Shown here: positions 61,901-64,000 of the stretch, one piece after another
How positions within the stretch are numbered: the stretch's first letter is position 1
Layout of the letters: each line of letters begins with the position of its first letter
The notes under the pieces: generated by a model
Database searches by the model: none
What the model saw: the letters and a program-made list of their open reading frames with translations, nothing else
What the model was told of the DNA's origin: nothing
Assembly (NCBI GenBank): GCA_030141605.1
Contig: JAQGDQ010000044.1
Location: 806,001-870,000, forward strand
From: Tubiluchus corallicola
Taxonomy: Eukaryota > Animalia > Priapulida
Direction of reading: 5' to 3'
DNA: 64,000 bases
Program-made: the position numbers and the translations under genes

Positions 61901-64000
61901 ATCATATAAAGTTATCCTACAAGTGTAATCCATGTCTGTGCAGCATTTGTGTACACTCCATCTCGTCCAAACTTGGCTGACTATTAGCTTTGCCAAACTT
62001 ACCCAGGGAAAACAGAAAGACCACAAAACAGAAAAGGCAAACTACTTTCTGCTAGAGTAGACCATTGTTTACTCTGGAAGGAGAATTTTTTGGCTTCACA
62101 TTCAGTTTGCTTTGCCTACTTTTCCCTCACTTCATTGTTTCTTCAGTTTTTTATTCATGCGTACTTTGTGAGTCTAGTAATAAGCAAAATTGTTGCCCTC
62201 ACGCAGATCTAGGTCAGTCAACGTTAGCGATATTGGCATCCTTGATGGATATCGCTGCCCGGGAATAATGCTGATCGATATGTCGACCAATCGCAGGCGC
62301 TGATGGCCAGGAAAAATGGAGCAGCTAATCCTTTCGGATTAATTGCGGATTATGAGTAGATATTTTAGCGGCTGTTTGTGATTAGATCCCATTGGGCTGT
62401 TAATGTCTGTTGGATTAATTAGCGACACGTGCTTTTCTCAGTAATGAAAATGTGATCATTATTCGATTGCCTATATTTAGCACAATACACACAGTAAGCT
62501 CATTATTATTTCAAAGCCCAGCCTTGTCTAATTCACAGTGACGTCATAGCTGCTAATGTAAGTAATACATAGAACCCTCAGCACTGAGATGCTGATTTGC
62601 CAGTCTCCATAGCATGCGAGACAAAGCTGATAACAGTAACCAAAAAAACGAGGTCTGATCTGTACCTGTGCTGGGTTGTTAAAACTTAATGCCGTGGCTT
62701 CTTGTTTGGTTCGTAGCACAAGTTTTTTACAAGATAGTACGAGATAGTTATCTGCGTTATCTTACAGGCTTTGTTTATAGCAAAATGTTTGAACTGTGAA
62801 TTTACCAAAATGTAATTTTTAAACTGTGTCTGAATTCCTGGCCAAACAAAAGTTGCAGTTTGGAATAAATCTAAGTTGTTATTTGAATTGAAAATGGTTT
62901 CCTAAAACTTTGAAGAAAATCCACGTTCGAGGACGTCAACGTTAAAATAATATTGAAATAAAGGCGTTAAGGAAAATTAAACAAGTTCCAAGTCTCTGGT
63001 TTTGTTTTGTTGATGTATTTAGTTTTCACAAATTAAGATGCTGACCAATTTTTATTGGTATTTCAACAAATTGCTGCGGCGTTAAGTGCAGTGCTGCCAG
63101 CATTGTTGTCAATTTATTTATTATGTGCACAAAATAAACAAAAATTTAGTTAATTTTGGTACAGTCTTGCCACTCCATTCTGTTTTAATTGTGCAAAAAA
63201 CGTGTTTGGGATAATACAACGTCTTCAGAAAAATTATAATGTAATTAGCCTTTGACAAGTGCTAGTGTTTTTGCCAAATAAAGCAAGATTACTTTTTTAT
63301 ATACATGTACATTTACTATAAATGTAAAGTGTAAAGGCAGTATTGAAATACACACAGATATAAGACAGCTGCAACACATAAAGAATTTGCAGTTAAGTTT
63401 CAAAAACTCGTTTATATAAAAATTTAAAAATCATTTGAATTAACCTATATGTAGTTATGTTATGTAGGCACGTTAACTACAGTGTTTTCAATATTCCTGT
63501 TGATCTTATGGGCTTTTTCAACTATTTATAGTGTATTCTATTGACACCTGTGGCCTATCCATTAATATCTAATGCTGACTCAGGCAATTCCCCTAGTGGC
63601 TTGGAAATCAATACAGTTAAGCTAATACCTTGTTGGATAATTAAGTTAATCATAGTTATGCAATTGGCATATAATGCGTTGCTGCTAGATCTTGGAATAA
63701 TAGCGGAGAGAAGGCAGATACCCTGGTGCTAAAGAAAGCATACATTAAAAATGTTTCCAAAGTATTTATTATGTAATCATTGCCACCATCATTTTCATTT
63801 TGTTATTATCATTATTGTAAACATTGAACTGTATCACTATTATTGTTATTATTTTTATAAGCTAGGCATATAACTAAATAATCGCTATGATGTGTATCCA
63901 CCAAGAAACCAGTCCTGATACCAGCCCCTGTTCTGATTAGACATCTCACCTTGGAGTATCTTTGCTATTAAGCTGGAGGATTATTTTTTGTATTAAACTA

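Overview
AT-rich, intron-rich eukaryotic DNA, almost certainly from an invertebrate animal; it is not prokaryotic. Four spliced protein-coding genes were rebuilt by hand from splice sites and reading frame. (1) An MTA1-family NuRD subunit on the minus strand (ATG at 8019, 7 coding exons, running off the left edge), whose first coding intron is a non-canonical GC-AG intron. (2) An unnamed ~307-aa protein on the plus strand (8829-13356): an acidic, probably disordered N-terminus, then a hydrophobic helix, then an SRPBCC/START-like (polyketide cyclase-type) domain. It is head-to-head with MTA. (3) PBLD, a PhzF-family protein, on the minus strand (24563-16804, 296 aa). (4) The first five coding exons of calcineurin A (PPP3C) on the plus strand (from 25045, running off the right edge), head-to-head with PBLD and with introns up to ~13.7 kb. 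The introns hold Tc1/mariner-type and hAT-type MITEs, CR1/L2, RTE and Penelope-like remnants, Helitron-like pieces, a tRNA-derived SINE, a 5S-rRNA-derived SINE nested inside a MITE, a degenerate 53-bp tandem array and microsatellites. I found no convincing wholly new biological system. The best leads are the uncharacterised SRPBCC gene (possible membrane/secreted switch and possible stop-codon readthrough), the nested 5S-SINE, the GC-AG intron, and a duplicated calcineurin splice donor. All family assignments come from remembered motifs, not database searches.
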